Source: an uncultured Alphaproteobacteria bacterium
GTDB lineage: Bacteria > Pseudomonadota > Alphaproteobacteria > Rhizobiales > Rhodomicrobiaceae
Length of the DNA: 64,000 bases
Reading direction: 5' to 3'
NCBI GenBank assembly: GCA_963842775.1
Contig: CAWJHQ010000013.1
Span: forward strand, 162,896-226,895
The position numbers and the translations under genes are program-made. The notes beneath the pieces were generated by a model, which was given only the letters and a program-made list of their open reading frames with translations, ran no database searches and had not been told where the DNA came from. Positions within the stretch are counted from its first letter, which is position 1. Every line of letters begins with the position of its first letter. Below are positions 29,357 through 39,299 of this stretch, in pieces.

Positions 29357-29459
29357 ACTCTGCCCGAATCGCCCGTCCGCCGACGTCACATGGGGCAGCC
29401 GGAATGGGCGCCCGGACCAATCCCGAACGCCCTTCTCCTTTCGCGTGAAGTCGCACCGA

Positions 29460-29885
29460 TCACGTGCTCGGTGCGCCCGGCGTGCGCCGCCAGGCATTCA
29501 TCCACAGGATCTCCCACACATAGCCGTCCGGGTCCTCGATGTGGCGGTTATACATGAAGCCAAGGTCCTGTCGCCGGGTTGGGATCGGCGGTGCCGCCTG
29601 CCGCGACCGCGAGGGTCAGCGTCGCGTCGACCGCGTCGCGGTTGTCCACGCTGAGTGCGATCAGTGCCTGGCTTTCGCGCCGCGCGTCGCCGATCGGGCG
29701 TTTGGTGAAATTGCTGATAGTGGTCATGGGTGAGCAGCATGACCCCGAATCGCGTCCGAAAACATCAGCGAGGTGGCGCCTTCGCCCGAAAACTGTATGT
29801 TCACCTCGCCGCCGAGCGCCACGTAAAACGCGGTCGAAGCGGCGAGATCGCGCACCGGCAGGTTCACGAAAATCATCTTAGGCAT
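29460..29885 (-). CDS. VOC/glyoxalase-like small protein, readable only by joining three frames (apparent indels at ~29725, ~29690 and ~29560)
   Basis: MPKMIFVNLPVRDLAASTAFYVALGGEVNIQFSGEGATSLMFSDAIR | LLTHDHYQQF | TKRPIGDARRESQALIALSVDNRDAVDATLTLAVAAGG... | GFMYNRHIEDPDGYVWEILWMNA. A strong AAGGAGG RBS is present. Confidence 0.6.
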
Positions 29886-30388
29886 CACTTCCTCCTTCTC
29901 AAGAAGCTGATCGCCGGGCTCTAGCGCCGATCGATCGGCCAGCGCACGCCTGCGACGGTGAGCATCCTTCTTCTCGGGCAGCATCGACACTCTCAGGCTG
30001 GGCTGGATTCCTCTGCTCACGCGTCGGTTCCCACGTCCGCGGCAGGCCGTTGGCAGGCCATACTGATCGGCGCTGAGAGATGTTCAAGATCATCTTTTAT
30101 CGCCTGACTGCCGTTTGTGTGACTATGGCGGCGAAGCCGCGCCCATCCGAAAAGCTGGAACACATCGCGCTCAGCCTGCTTGACAGCAGCCCTCCGGCTG
30201 CACCAAGAATGCCGCCATGACGGTCTCATCTCCCATCGCAGCGACGCTGAAAAAATGGCCCCAACAGGGGACCGTGGATCCGCGCGCGGAGTAAAGACGT
30301 CACGCATCAGGATCATTCGAGGCCCCGCCGGTTCGGTCGGGGTCTTTTTGTTTGTCCCGTCGCCGGCATCACGAGGAGACGGACCGAC

Positions 30389-31285
30389 ATGCAGAGCATT
30401 CATGCAATTCCACGCGGCCTATGGCTGCCGCTCGTTACGCCGTTCCGGGACGGCAAGCTGGACGAAGCATCCACGCGGCGCCTTGTCAGGCATTACACGG
30501 CCGAGCCGGTCGACGGCCTGATCCTCGCGGCGACCTCGGGGGAGGGCCTCACCTTGGACGAGGCGGAAGTCCAATGTCTCGTGGAGCTGGTGGCGGCTGA
30601 ACGCGGCACGCGGATGCCGGCCTATCTCGGCATGTCCGGCAGCGATACGCGCAAGAGCGTGAAAGCGCTGGAGCGCACGGCATCCTGGCCCATCGACGGC
30701 TATCTGATCGTCTGCCCCTATTACAGCCGGCCGTCGCAACTGGGCCTGTTCGAGCATTACCGCGCGCTCGCCGACAGCACGGCCAAGCCCATCCTCATCT
30801 ACAACATACCCGCTCGAACCGGCGTCAATCTCGGCAACGAAACCATGCTGCGGCTGGCGGAGCATCCCAATATCGTCGGGGTCAAGGATTGTTCGCTGGA
30901 TGCCGCGCAGTCCTTCGACCTGATCCGCAGCCGTCCCGCCGGATTCGCGGTGCTGACAGGAGAAGATACGCTGTTCTACCGCGCGCTGACGGAAGGGGCC
31001 GATGGGGGAATTCTTGTCTCGGCGCATATCGAGACGCACGCCTTCGCTTCGATCGGGAACAAGCTGCGGGCGGGCGACCAGCCCGGCGCGCTCGCCGGCT
31101 GGCAGAGGCTCGCCGATTTGCCGCGCCTGCTCTTCGCCGAGCCAAACCCCGCACCCGTCAAATATTGGCTGTGGCGGCTGGGGCTCATCGATAGCGCCGA
31201 GCTGCGTTTGCCGATGACGCCGGTGAGCGAAGGGCTCGCCGCGCTGATCGATCGGGAAATCGCGCTGAAGCGCCGGGCGGATTGA
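30389..31285 (+). CDS. Dihydrodipicolinate synthase/N-acetylneuraminate lyase family (DapA-like) class I aldolase
   Basis: LPLVTPFRDGKLDE...GLILAATSGEGLTLDEAE...VGVKDCS (Schiff-base Lys context) ... Confidence 0.75.
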   Translation: MQSIHAIPRGLWLPLVTPFRDGKLDEASTRRLVRHYTAEPVDGLILAATSGEGLTLDEAEVQCLVELVAAERGTRMPAYLGMSGSDTRKSVKALERTASWPIDGYLIVCPYYSRPSQLGLFEHYRALADSTAKPILIYNIPARTGVNLGNETMLRLAEHPNIVGVKDCSLDAAQSFDLIRSRPAGFAVLTGEDTLFYRALTEGADGGILVSAHIETHAFASIGNKLRAGDQPGALAGWQRLADLPRLLFAEPNPAPVKYWLWRLGLIDSAELRLPMTPVSEGLAALIDREIALKRRAD

Positions 31286-31397
31286 CATGAGCCGCGAGGC
31301 GACGCGGAGCGCTGGCCGCCGTCTCGCGCGCTTTCATCTTCAGTACATCACGGTTTTGCGTTAGTGATGCCCATTCAGGGCGTTACGGGAGGCTGCC

Positions 31398-32603
31398 ATG
31401 GCCCGCACCGGGTTTTTTTCCTATGAGATCGTCGTCAAGGACGATGAGCGCGCCTTTCTGACGCGCAACGGCCGTTTTGTGGAATTGCTGGGGCCGGGCA
31501 AATTCACCCGCTTCGACCCGCGCGGCGAGCTCGGGGCCGAGGTGGTGAAGATCGTTCGCGCCGATGTGCCGCCCGAGCGCGTTCTGATGCTCGCCAAAAC
31601 CCATCCGCAGCTCGCGGCGGACAATTTCGAGGTCGTGCAGACCGGGCCGACGCAAGTGGCGATCGTCTCCTTCGACGGCGACCCGAAGCATATCGTGCTG
31701 CCCAACTCCACCCGCGCCTTCTGGAAGACGCTGACCAATGTCACCGTGGAGACGATCGAGACAGCCAATGAGCTGCGCGTTTCGAGGCAGCATCTCAACA
31801 AGATCGATGCGGGCCGCACCTCCGTCATCGTCCAGGCGGTGGTCGAGGCGCATGAGGCGGCGCTGCTCATCATCGACGGCGAGCTGAAGGAACGGCTCGG
31901 TCCCGGTCATCACGCCTTCTGGGCGGTCGGGCGCACCGTGCGCCTGCCGAAGATCGATCTCAGGCCGCAGCCGCTCGAAGTCACCGCGCAGGAAATCCTC
32001 ACCAAGGACCGCGTGGCGATCCGGGTGACGCTCACCGCCTTCTACAAGGTCATCGATCCGGTGCTCGCCGCGACCAGCACGGCCGATCTGGCCAACACGA
32101 TCTACCGGCTGGTGCAATTCGCCATCCGCGAGGCCGTGGCGACGCGCACGCTCGACGACATTCTCGCCGCCCGCGATACGATCGACCGCGAAGTGCGCAA
32201 CTTCGTCGAGGGCCGGGTGAAGGTGCTCGGCGCGGAGATCGGCGAGATCGGGGTGAAGGACGTCATCCTGCCCGGCGACATTCGCGAGCTCTTGAACAAG
32301 GTGGTCGAGGCGGAGCGCGTGGCGAAGGCCAATCTCATCCGCCGCCAGGAGGAGACCGCCGCGACCCGCTCGCTGCTCAACACCGCCAAGCTGATGGAGA
32401 ACAATCCGCTGCTTCTGCGGCTGAAGGAGCTGGAGGCGCTGGAAAAGCTGGTCGAAAAGGTCGGCCGCATCGATCTGCATACGGGCGGACAGGGCGGCGG
32501 CTTCGAGGCGCTGCTCACGCAAGCTCTACACGATCGACGGCGAGATCGCCCGGCCGAAGGCGGATGGCGGGGCGGGTTAGGCGCGGCCGCCTGCTTTTCC
32601 TGA
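31398..32603 (+). CDS. SPFH/band-7 domain protein (stomatin/HflK/C superfamily). The C-terminal ~30 aa may be affected by an indel.
   Basis: The SPFH core reads ...LTKDRVAIRVTLTAFYKVIDPVLAA...LREAVATRTLDDILAARDTIDREV... Confidence 0.7.
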   Translation: MARTGFFSYEIVVKDDERAFLTRNGRFVELLGPGKFTRFDPRGELGAEVVKIVRADVPPERVLMLAKTHPQLAADNFEVVQTGPTQVAIVSFDGDPKHIVLPNSTRAFWKTLTNVTVETIETANELRVSRQHLNKIDAGRTSVIVQAVVEAHEAALLIIDGELKERLGPGHHAFWAVGRTVRLPKIDLRPQPLEVTAQEILTKDRVAIRVTLTAFYKVIDPVLAATSTADLANTIYRLVQFAIREAVATRTLDDILAARDTIDREVRNFVEGRVKVLGAEIGEIGVKDVILPGDIRELLNKVVEAERVAKANLIRRQEETAATRSLLNTAKLMENNPLLLRLKELEALEKLVEKVGRIDLHTGGQGGGFEALLTQALHDRRRDRPAEGGWRGGLGAAACFS

Positions 32604-32656
32604 ATTGATCGGCAAGGCCCGGCGGCATTAAGCTTTTGGGAAAGGCTCGCTGCGCC

Positions 32657-32725
32657 GAAGCATCATTGCGAAAAGTGGTCTTCCCGGTTTTCGCGAAGAA
32701 TGATGCGCAAACAAGGAAGCCAGCT
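32657..32725 (+). repeat. R4 hairpin element, copy 1 (GCATCATTGCGAAAAGTGGTCTTCCCGGTTTTCGCGAAGAATGATGCGCAAACAAGG), in the 5' UTR of the BKACE gene
   Basis: Near-identical copy at 43967-44030. The stem is 15 bp with one bulge, and an AAGGAAG RBS-like motif lies downstream. Confidence 0.6.
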
Positions 32726-32728
32726 GTC

Positions 32729-33472
32729 ATGATCGTCCAGGCCTGCCTCAACGGCGCTCGCGCGCCCGGATTTCATCCCCGCCTGCCGGTCACGGCCGAG
32801 GCGATCGCGGGCGATGCGGCCGAAGCCGTCGCGGCGGGCGCGGCGGAGCTGCACATCCATGTGAGAGGGCCGGCGGGCGGGGAAAGCCTTGAGCCCGATG
32901 CGGTCGATGCGACGCTTGCCGCGGTGCGCCGGCGCCTGCCCGGCACGTTGATCGGCATCAGCACCGGCGAATGGATCGAGAAGGATGATGATCGGCGCCT
33001 CGGCCTGATTTCGCGATGGCGCGAGCTGCCGGACTACGCATCGGTCAATCTCGGCGAGACGGGTGCGCCCGCTGTCATCGAAGCGCTCCACCGGCGCGGC
33101 GTTGGCATCGAGGCCGGTCTGGCTGTTGCCGCCGATGCAGAGCGCCTCATCGGAGCCGGACTGGGCGGGCTGTCTTTGCGCGTGCTCGTCGAAATCGGGC
33201 AACAATCGCTCGGCGAGGCGATGGTGGAAGCCGATGCGGTCCTCGCAGTGCTGGCGCGTGCAGGTTTGCGCAAGCCTGTCCTCCTCCACGGCTCGGACGC
33301 CACGGTCTGGCCGTTCGTCGAACGCGCCGCCCGCGAGGGGTTTTCGACCCGCGTCGGGCTCGAGGATGGCAACGCGCTTCCCGGCGGCGAGATCGCTCCG
33401 GACAATGCGGCATTGGTCGCCGGTGCGGTGGAAATCATGCGTAATGGGGCGATGGTCAGACGAGCGAAATGA
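32729..33472 (+). CDS. 3-keto-5-aminohexanoate cleavage enzyme family (BKACE/DUF849)
   Basis: MIVQACLNGAR...AAELHIHVRGPAGGESLEPDAVDATLAAVRRRLPGTLIGISTGEW matches the BKACE TIM-barrel family. Confidence 0.75.
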   Translation: MIVQACLNGARAPGFHPRLPVTAEAIAGDAAEAVAAGAAELHIHVRGPAGGESLEPDAVDATLAAVRRRLPGTLIGISTGEWIEKDDDRRLGLISRWRELPDYASVNLGETGAPAVIEALHRRGVGIEAGLAVAADAERLIGAGLGGLSLRVLVEIGQQSLGEAMVEADAVLAVLARAGLRKPVLLHGSDATVWPFVERAAREGFSTRVGLEDGNALPGGEIAPDNAALVAGAVEIMRNGAMVRRAK

Positions 33473-33485
33473 CGGAGGGCGGTGC

Positions 33486-33851
33486 ATGGACGTCACGGCG
33501 CTGATCGATCGCTATTGCGACGTATGGAACGAGCCCGATCCGGGGCGCCGGGCCGCGCTGCTGGAGGCGGTCTGGGCTCCAGGCGCAAGCTACACGGATC
33601 CATCGGTCCATGCGGCGGGCGGCGACGAACTGCTGGCTCACATCGCCAAGGTGCGGGGGCGGCGGCCGGGCGCGAAAGTGCTCCGCACGAGCGCGGTGGA
33701 TGCGCATCACGGGCTGGCGAGATTTGCCTGGCATGTCGTGCAGGCGGACGGCGTCGCGCTGCCCGATGGCCTCGACATCGCCTTCATCTCCGGAGACGGC
33801 GCGCGGATCGAGCGCATCATCGGCTTCTTCGGGCCGCTCAGCGTCAACTGA
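33486..33851 (+). CDS. NTF2-like (SnoaL/DUF4440-type) small protein
   Basis: MDVTALIDRYCDVWNEPDPGRRAALLEAVWAPGASYTDP... matches the SnoaL-like pattern. Confidence 0.55.
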   Translation: MDVTALIDRYCDVWNEPDPGRRAALLEAVWAPGASYTDPSVHAAGGDELLAHIAKVRGRRPGAKVLRTSAVDAHHGLARFAWHVVQADGVALPDGLDIAFISGDGARIERIIGFFGPLSVN

Positions 33852-35433
33852 TCCAGAGCTTGATCGCGATCGCTGCCAGCGATAGGCCGCCGAGCCAAAG
33901 CGCCGCGCGGGCGGGCCAGGCGCGGGCGGACTGCGCGGCGGCCATCCGGTCGACGGTCGCATTGTCGAGGTGCAGGCCGTTTTCGCCGGCTTCCGCGAAG
34001 GCCGCGCTCATGCGGCGGGCTTGTTCGGCAAGACGCGGCGCTTCGGCGACGAGGCCCGCCAAGGCGCTGACGCCCTGGGCCGCCTCGTTCAGGCGCGCGC
34101 GCGGGCCGATCTGCTCTTCCATCCAGGCCTTCACCACCGGCTCGGCGGCGGTCCAGATGTTCAGCCGCGGATCGAGCGAGCGGGCGACGCCCTCGACCAC
34201 CACCATGGTCTTTTGCAGCAGCAGCAATTCCGGCCGCGTCTGCATGTCGAACAATTCCGTCACCTCGAAAAGCTGCGACAGTAGCCGCGCCATGGAAATT
34301 TCCTCGGCGGTGCGGTCCATCAGCGGCTCGCCGATCGAGCGCAGCGCCTGGGCGAAGGCCTCGACGCTGTAATGGGCGGGTACATAGCCCGCATCCAGAT
34401 GCATCTGGGCGGTGCGGCGATAGTCGCGCGTGAGGAAGCCGTAGAGGATTTCGGCGAGGAAGCGTTTCTCCTTCGGTCCGAGCCGTCCCATGATGCCGAA
34501 ATCGACGGCGACCAGCGTTCCGGGCGGCTCGACGAACAGATTGCCCTGATGCATGTCGGCGTGGAAGAAGCCGTCGCGCATCGCATGGCGCAGGAACGAG
34601 CGGATGACGTGATTGCCCAGCGCCGAGCGGTCGATCCCGGCACTGTCGATGGCGGCGAGGTCGGCCATGGGGATAGCCTCGATCCATTCCGTGGTCATGA
34701 CGCGCGCCGAAGTCCGTGTCCAATCCACTTTCGGCACACGGAAACCCTCATCGCCGGCGCGGGCGATGTTCTCAGCCATTTCCGACATGGCCGCCGCTTC
34801 CAGGCGCAGATCGAGTTCCAGCCGCATCCAATCGGCGAGCGTGTCGACGACGGCGACGGGCCGCAGCCGCCGTGACGGCTTGTGCCATGCCTCGATCTGG
34901 CGGGCGGCGAAATAGAAGCTGTCGAGATCGTGGCGGAAGCGCCTCTCGACGCCCGGCCGGAGGATCTTCACCGCGACTTTGCGCGAGGAGCCATCCGCCT
35001 CACGAACCGTCGCCTTGTGCACTTGCGCGATGGAGGCCGCGGCGATCGGCTCGCTCAGCGTCGCGAACAGCAGCTCCGGCTCCGCGTCCAGCGCATCGCG
35101 GATCGCGCGCCTGGCCTCGCTCATCGGGAAGGGCGGCAGCCGGTCCTGCAGATTGGCGAGATCGTTCGCCAGCTCCGGCCCGATCACGTCGCGGCGCGTC
35201 GCGAGAAACTGGCCGAGCTTGATGTAGCTGGGTCCGAGCGCCGCCAGCGCATTGGAAAGCCGCGAGGATTTGCCCTCGGCCCGCCGTTTCGCGCGCAAGG
35301 ACGCCGTCACCCGCCGCAACGCGCGGGCGGGCGCGGGCGCGTTCATGTCGTCCGGCCAGACCTGGACGCCATGCCAGAGGAGCATCACTCCGGCGCGGGC
35401 AAGGCGGAAGAGATTGATAATGCCGTAGAGCAT
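33844..35433 (-). CDS. ubiB: Ubiquinone biosynthesis protein UbiB (ABC1/ADCK atypical kinase)
   Basis: ...GPSYIKLGQFLATRRDVIGPELANDLANLQDRLPPF...VAVKILRPG...HADMHQGNLFV...; it sits next to ubiE. Confidence 0.9.
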   Translation of the reverse strand: MLYGIINLFRLARAGVMLLWHGVQVWPDDMNAPAPARALRRVTASLRAKRRAEGKSSRLSNALAALGPSYIKLGQFLATRRDVIGPELANDLANLQDRLPPFPMSEARRAIRDALDAEPELLFATLSEPIAAASIAQVHKATVREADGSSRKVAVKILRPGVERRFRHDLDSFYFAARQIEAWHKPSRRLRPVAVVDTLADWMRLELDLRLEAAAMSEMAENIARAGDEGFRVPKVDWTRTSARVMTTEWIEAIPMADLAAIDSAGIDRSALGNHVIRSFLRHAMRDGFFHADMHQGNLFVEPPGTLVAVDFGIMGRLGPKEKRFLAEILYGFLTRDYRRTAQMHLDAGYVPAHYSVEAFAQALRSIGEPLMDRTAEEISMARLLSQLFEVTELFDMQTRPELLLLQKTMVVVEGVARSLDPRLNIWTAAEPVVKAWMEEQIGPRARLNEAAQGVSALAGLVAEAPRLAEQARRMSAAFAEAGENGLHLDNATVDRMAAAQSARAWPARAALWLGGLSLAAIAIKLWIS

Positions 35434-35776
35434 GAGCGCCTTATAGCAAGGCCTGCGTAAATTTAGAGCCTCAATCTTCGGCGGATGGTGAGGAATTGCG
35501 CCGCAGGCCGCGACCCTTGACTCTCGGTCGTCGCCCCGGCCATCGAGCCGGGGCCCAATAATCTAACGTCATGTCATAACATTTTCGGGGGAACTCCATT
35601 GGACCCCGGCTCGCCTGGCGGCGTCCGGGGCGACACCAAGTGGAAGCTCACTGATATCGAAGTCCGGTTTATGCGCTAGAGCGCCGGATGCTCCGCTGAA
35701 CGCGGAGCTGCGCTCTAGGTCTTTGTTTATGCATCGGATTTGTCCGAAAAGTGCGTACACTTTTCGGTCCGATGCA

Positions 35777-36529
35777 CTAAATCCGCCAGCCCGAATGCAG
35801 CGCCGCGATGCCGCCGCTCAGATTGCGGTATTGCACGCGCTCGAACCCGGCTTTGGCCGTCATGGCGGCGAAGGCCTCCTGGTCGGGGAAGCGGCGGATG
35901 CTTTCGACGAGATATCGATAGGAGGGGCCGTCCCCGGCGACCAATTCGCCGAGCCTCGGAATGACCTTGAAGGAATAGGCCTCATAGACCTTGTCGAGCA
36001 TCGGCGTGCGGACGTCGGAGAATTCCAGGCAGAGGAACCGGCCGCCGCGTTTCAGCACGCGAAACGCCTCGGCCAGCGCCGCCTCGATCTGGGTGACATT
36101 CCTGATGCCGAAGGCGATGGTGTAGGCGTCGAAGCTCTTGTCGGGGAAGGGCAGGGTTTCGGCATTGCCCTGCACGAAGCGCAGCCTTTCGCCGAAGCGC
36201 TTGGCCAGCTTGTCGCGGCCGGCCTTCAGCATTTCGGCGCTGATGTCGCAAATGGTGGCGTTCGATTGCGGGCTGGCTGCATCAAGGAAGCGGCGCGCAA
36301 TGTCGCCGGTGCCGCCGGCCACGTCGAGCAGCGCCAGCGGTTCGCGTTTCGAGGGCGCCAGCCAGTTGATGAGATCGGCCTTCCACAGCCGGTGCATGCC
36401 GCCCGACATCAGGTCGTTCATCAGATCGTAGCGGCCCGCCACGCGCGAAAACACATTGTTGACGAGGTTCTGCCGGTCTTCCGCGTCGACATTGCGGAAA
36501 CCGAAGCTGGTTTGTGACGCCTTTTCCAT
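35777..36529 (-). CDS. ubiE: Demethylmenaquinone/ubiquinone C-methyltransferase UbiE
   Basis: [40 protein letters not shown]...[12 protein letters not shown]; start at cat 36527-36529. Confidence 0.9.
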   Translation of the reverse strand: MEKASQTSFGFRNVDAEDRQNLVNNVFSRVAGRYDLMNDLMSGGMHRLWKADLINWLAPSKREPLALLDVAGGTGDIARRFLDAASPQSNATICDISAEMLKAGRDKLAKRFGERLRFVQGNAETLPFPDKSFDAYTIAFGIRNVTQIEAALAEAFRVLKRGGRFLCLEFSDVRTPMLDKVYEAYSFKVIPRLGELVAGDGPSYRYLVESIRRFPDQEAFAAMTAKAGFERVQYRNLSGGIAALHSGWRI

Positions 36530-37164
36530 CGCGCGCAACTTACTGCCTTTGCGCAGCTCTGGAAAGGGAGCGAACGGAGACCGCGACTTATTCGGCGCGG
36601 TCGCTTCGAGCGATCCGCTCCTGGTCGCCCAAATCCGGGTTTTGGCGCGGCGTCCAGCCCGCACCGGCGCTTGGCATGCGCAGGCACTGGACCTTGACGT
36701 AATCTTGAGCGCCGCGCGCCGCGATCGAGGTTTGGGCGAGATAGGCTTGCCCGTCGCGGCCGCAAAGGATTTCACTGGCAACGACCGGACCGCGAACGAC
36801 GTCCAACGCGGTATCCGCCTGGCAATCCATCCGCGACGTGCCGATCGCACAGACAAGTATCATTATTTGAAACAATTCAGGTCTCCTCTATCGGTCGCGC
36901 AATTGCCGCCGGGCAATTGCGTTCGACCGGAAGGGAGTAGCAAGCCGCGTGCCATAATCCGCCGATACAACCGAAGCGCGACATTATGCTGCAGTGCAGC
37001 AAACTCGACGATGGCTGCCGCCATGGCGGCAACGGCTGGCTGGCATGGCTAGGTTGAAGCGCCAGACCGAAGCAGGCAGGATTTCGCCCCGCTTCGCCAA
37101 GTTTGCATTTCGCCCGCCCGCCTCGCCCGCTATGGTCTGCCGCCAATTGCTGACAACGGACCCC

Positions 37165-38056
37165 ATGCCCGAACTCCCCGAAGTCGAAACCGTGCGGCGG
37201 GGCCTTGCTCCGGTGATGGAAGGCGCGCGCTTCGCCAAGGTGGAGCAGCGCCGCCCGGATCTGCGCTTTCCGTTTCCGAAGGATTTCGCCAAGCGGCTGA
37301 AGGGCCGCCGCGTCGAGCGGCTGGACCGGCGCGCGAAATATCTCATGGTCTGGCTGGACGGGGGCGAAGTGCTCGCCATGCATCTCGGCATGAGCGGACG
37401 CTTCGTCGTCGACAATGGAACCGGCAAGGGCCATCGCAAAATTCTCGGCGAATTCGTCCAGGAGGCGGGGGAGGACGGCAAGCACGACCACCTCATCCTC
37501 ACCATGAGCAACGGCGCCATCATCCGCTATAATGATGCGCGCCGCTTCGGCTATATGACGCTGATCGCGCCGGGCAAACTGGACGAGCATCCGCTATTCC
37601 ACGGCCTCGGCATCGAGCCGCTGGGCGATGCGCTGTCAGCCGATTTCCTCGCCGGCGCGAGGCAAGGGGCGCAAGCAGCCGCTGAAAGCCTTTCTGCTGG
37701 ATCAGCGCGTGCTGGCCGGGATCGGCAATATCTACGCCTGCGAGGCGCTGTATCGGGCAAGGCTCATGCCGGACAGGCCGGCCTCGGTGCTCGCCCTGCA
37801 AAGCGGCGCGCCTTCGGCGGCGGCCAAACGGCTTGCCCCGGCCATCCGCGAAGTCCTGGAAGATGCCCTGGAAGCGGGCGGCTCGTCCCTGCGCGACTAC
37901 CGCAAGGCCGACGGTTCGCTCGGCTATTTCCAGCACCGTTTCTGCGTCTATGGCCGCGAGGGCGAGCCGTGCCTGCGCAAGGGCTGCGGCGGCATCGTCG
38001 CGCGCAAGGTGCAAAGCGGGCGCTCGACATTCTATTGTCCGGTTTGCCAGAAGTGA
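37165..38056 (+). CDS. mutM: Formamidopyrimidine-DNA glycosylase (Fpg/MutM), split into 37165-~37680 and 37628-38056 by an apparent frameshift
   Basis: [14 protein letters not shown] (catalytic Pro2/Glu3) ...and a C-terminal zinc finger CPVCQK. Confidence 0.9.
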
Positions 38057-38098
38057 CCGGCTCCGCTGATAATGAGCAAAACATTAAGGAGCAGCCCC

Positions 38099-38872
38099 AT
38101 GGCCTTTCAAACCATTCTCGTCGAACGGCGGAGCCGCGTCGGCCTCATTACGCTCAATCGCCCCGAGGCGCTGAACGCATTGAATGCCGCGCTGATCGCC
38201 GAGCTGAACACGGCCCTGGATGAATTCGAGGCCGATAGCGGCATCGGCTGCGTCGTGCTGACCGGCTCCGACCGCGCCTTCGCCGCCGGCGCCGACATCA
38301 AGGAAATGAGCGGGCGCGGCTTCTCCGAGGTGATGGCCAACGATTTCCTCGCCCCCTGGGAGCGGATCAGCCGCTGCCGCAAGCCGATCATCGCGGCGGT
38401 CGCGGGCTATGCGCTGGGGGGCGGCTGCGAAGTGGCGATGATGTGCGATTTCATCATAGCCGCCGAGAGCGCCAAATTCGGCCAGCCGGAGATCAAGATC
38501 GGCGTCATTCCCGGGTCGGGCGGCACGCAGCGCCTGGCGCGCTTCATCGGCAAGGCGAAGGCGATGGACCTCTGCCTCACCGGCCGCATGATGGATGCCG
38601 CCGAAGCGGAACGCTCCGGGCTGGTCAGCCGGGTGGTGCCGAATGCCGATCTGCTCACCGAAGCCATGCGCGCCGCCGAGCAGATCGCGAGCCTGTCGCT
38701 GCCCTCGGTGATGACGGCGAAGGAAGCGGTGAACCGCGCCTTCGAGACGACGCTGGCCGAGGGCGTGCGCTTCGAGCGGCGCGTGTTCCAGGCGCTGTTC
38801 GCCACCGAGGATCAGAAGGAGGGGATGGAAGCCTTCATCGCCAAGCGCCCACCGGATTTCAAGCACCGTTAG
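38099..38872 (+). CDS. Enoyl-CoA hydratase (crotonase family)
   Basis: [18 protein letters not shown]...[48 protein letters not shown]. Confidence 0.9.
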   Translation: MAFQTILVERRSRVGLITLNRPEALNALNAALIAELNTALDEFEADSGIGCVVLTGSDRAFAAGADIKEMSGRGFSEVMANDFLAPWERISRCRKPIIAAVAGYALGGGCEVAMMCDFIIAAESAKFGQPEIKIGVIPGSGGTQRLARFIGKAKAMDLCLTGRMMDAAEAERSGLVSRVVPNADLLTEAMRAAEQIASLSLPSVMTAKEAVNRAFETTLAEGVRFERRVFQALFATEDQKEGMEAFIAKRPPDFKHR

Positions 38873-39299
38873 AGCAGCGCTCTGGAGCGGCGACGGCTGG
38901 CGCGGGCTATGCTGAGGAGCGTGTACGATCGCGGTCCCTGTGGGCGCGGTCGCTCAGCGCGTTTATTTCCGCGGCGACCGATACCGTCATCTGGCTGTCG
39001 ACCTGGGGCAATTCCACCAGAATGGCGCGGGACTTTGCCGCTGCGAGAGCGGCGAAATAACACTATCGCGACCGCTGCCATAGAAGCTGTGCTCACCAAG
39101 CATCCGCCGAATTTGAAACGCTGTGCGAGGGCCGTTCACCGAAAAGCGATCCGTTCAGGCGGGCTTTTTGCTGGTTGCACGACGGAAACCTGCTTAGCTT
39201 GCTTCATTGCGCATCATTTTTCGCGAAACCGGGATGCCTTCCCTTCCGCAATGATGCCTAGCCTTCATGACCTGCCGTCCGTTCCAAGAGGAGAAATTG

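Noticed and set aside
28246-29360. Whether the tRNA-like modules are ordinary, functional tRNA genes
   Set aside because: None has both a 7-nt anticodon loop and a complementary acceptor stem. They are annotated as tRNA-like ncRNA candidates rather than tRNA genes. No canonical tRNA, rRNA or tmRNA gene was recognised elsewhere in the window.
38869-39099. 76-aa minus-strand ORF overlapping the stop of the enoyl-CoA hydratase, and the 205-aa plus ORF 38443-39060
   Set aside because: Arg/Pro-rich low-complexity translation, no RBS and overlap with a confident gene. The 38873-39299 interval is better treated as non-coding.
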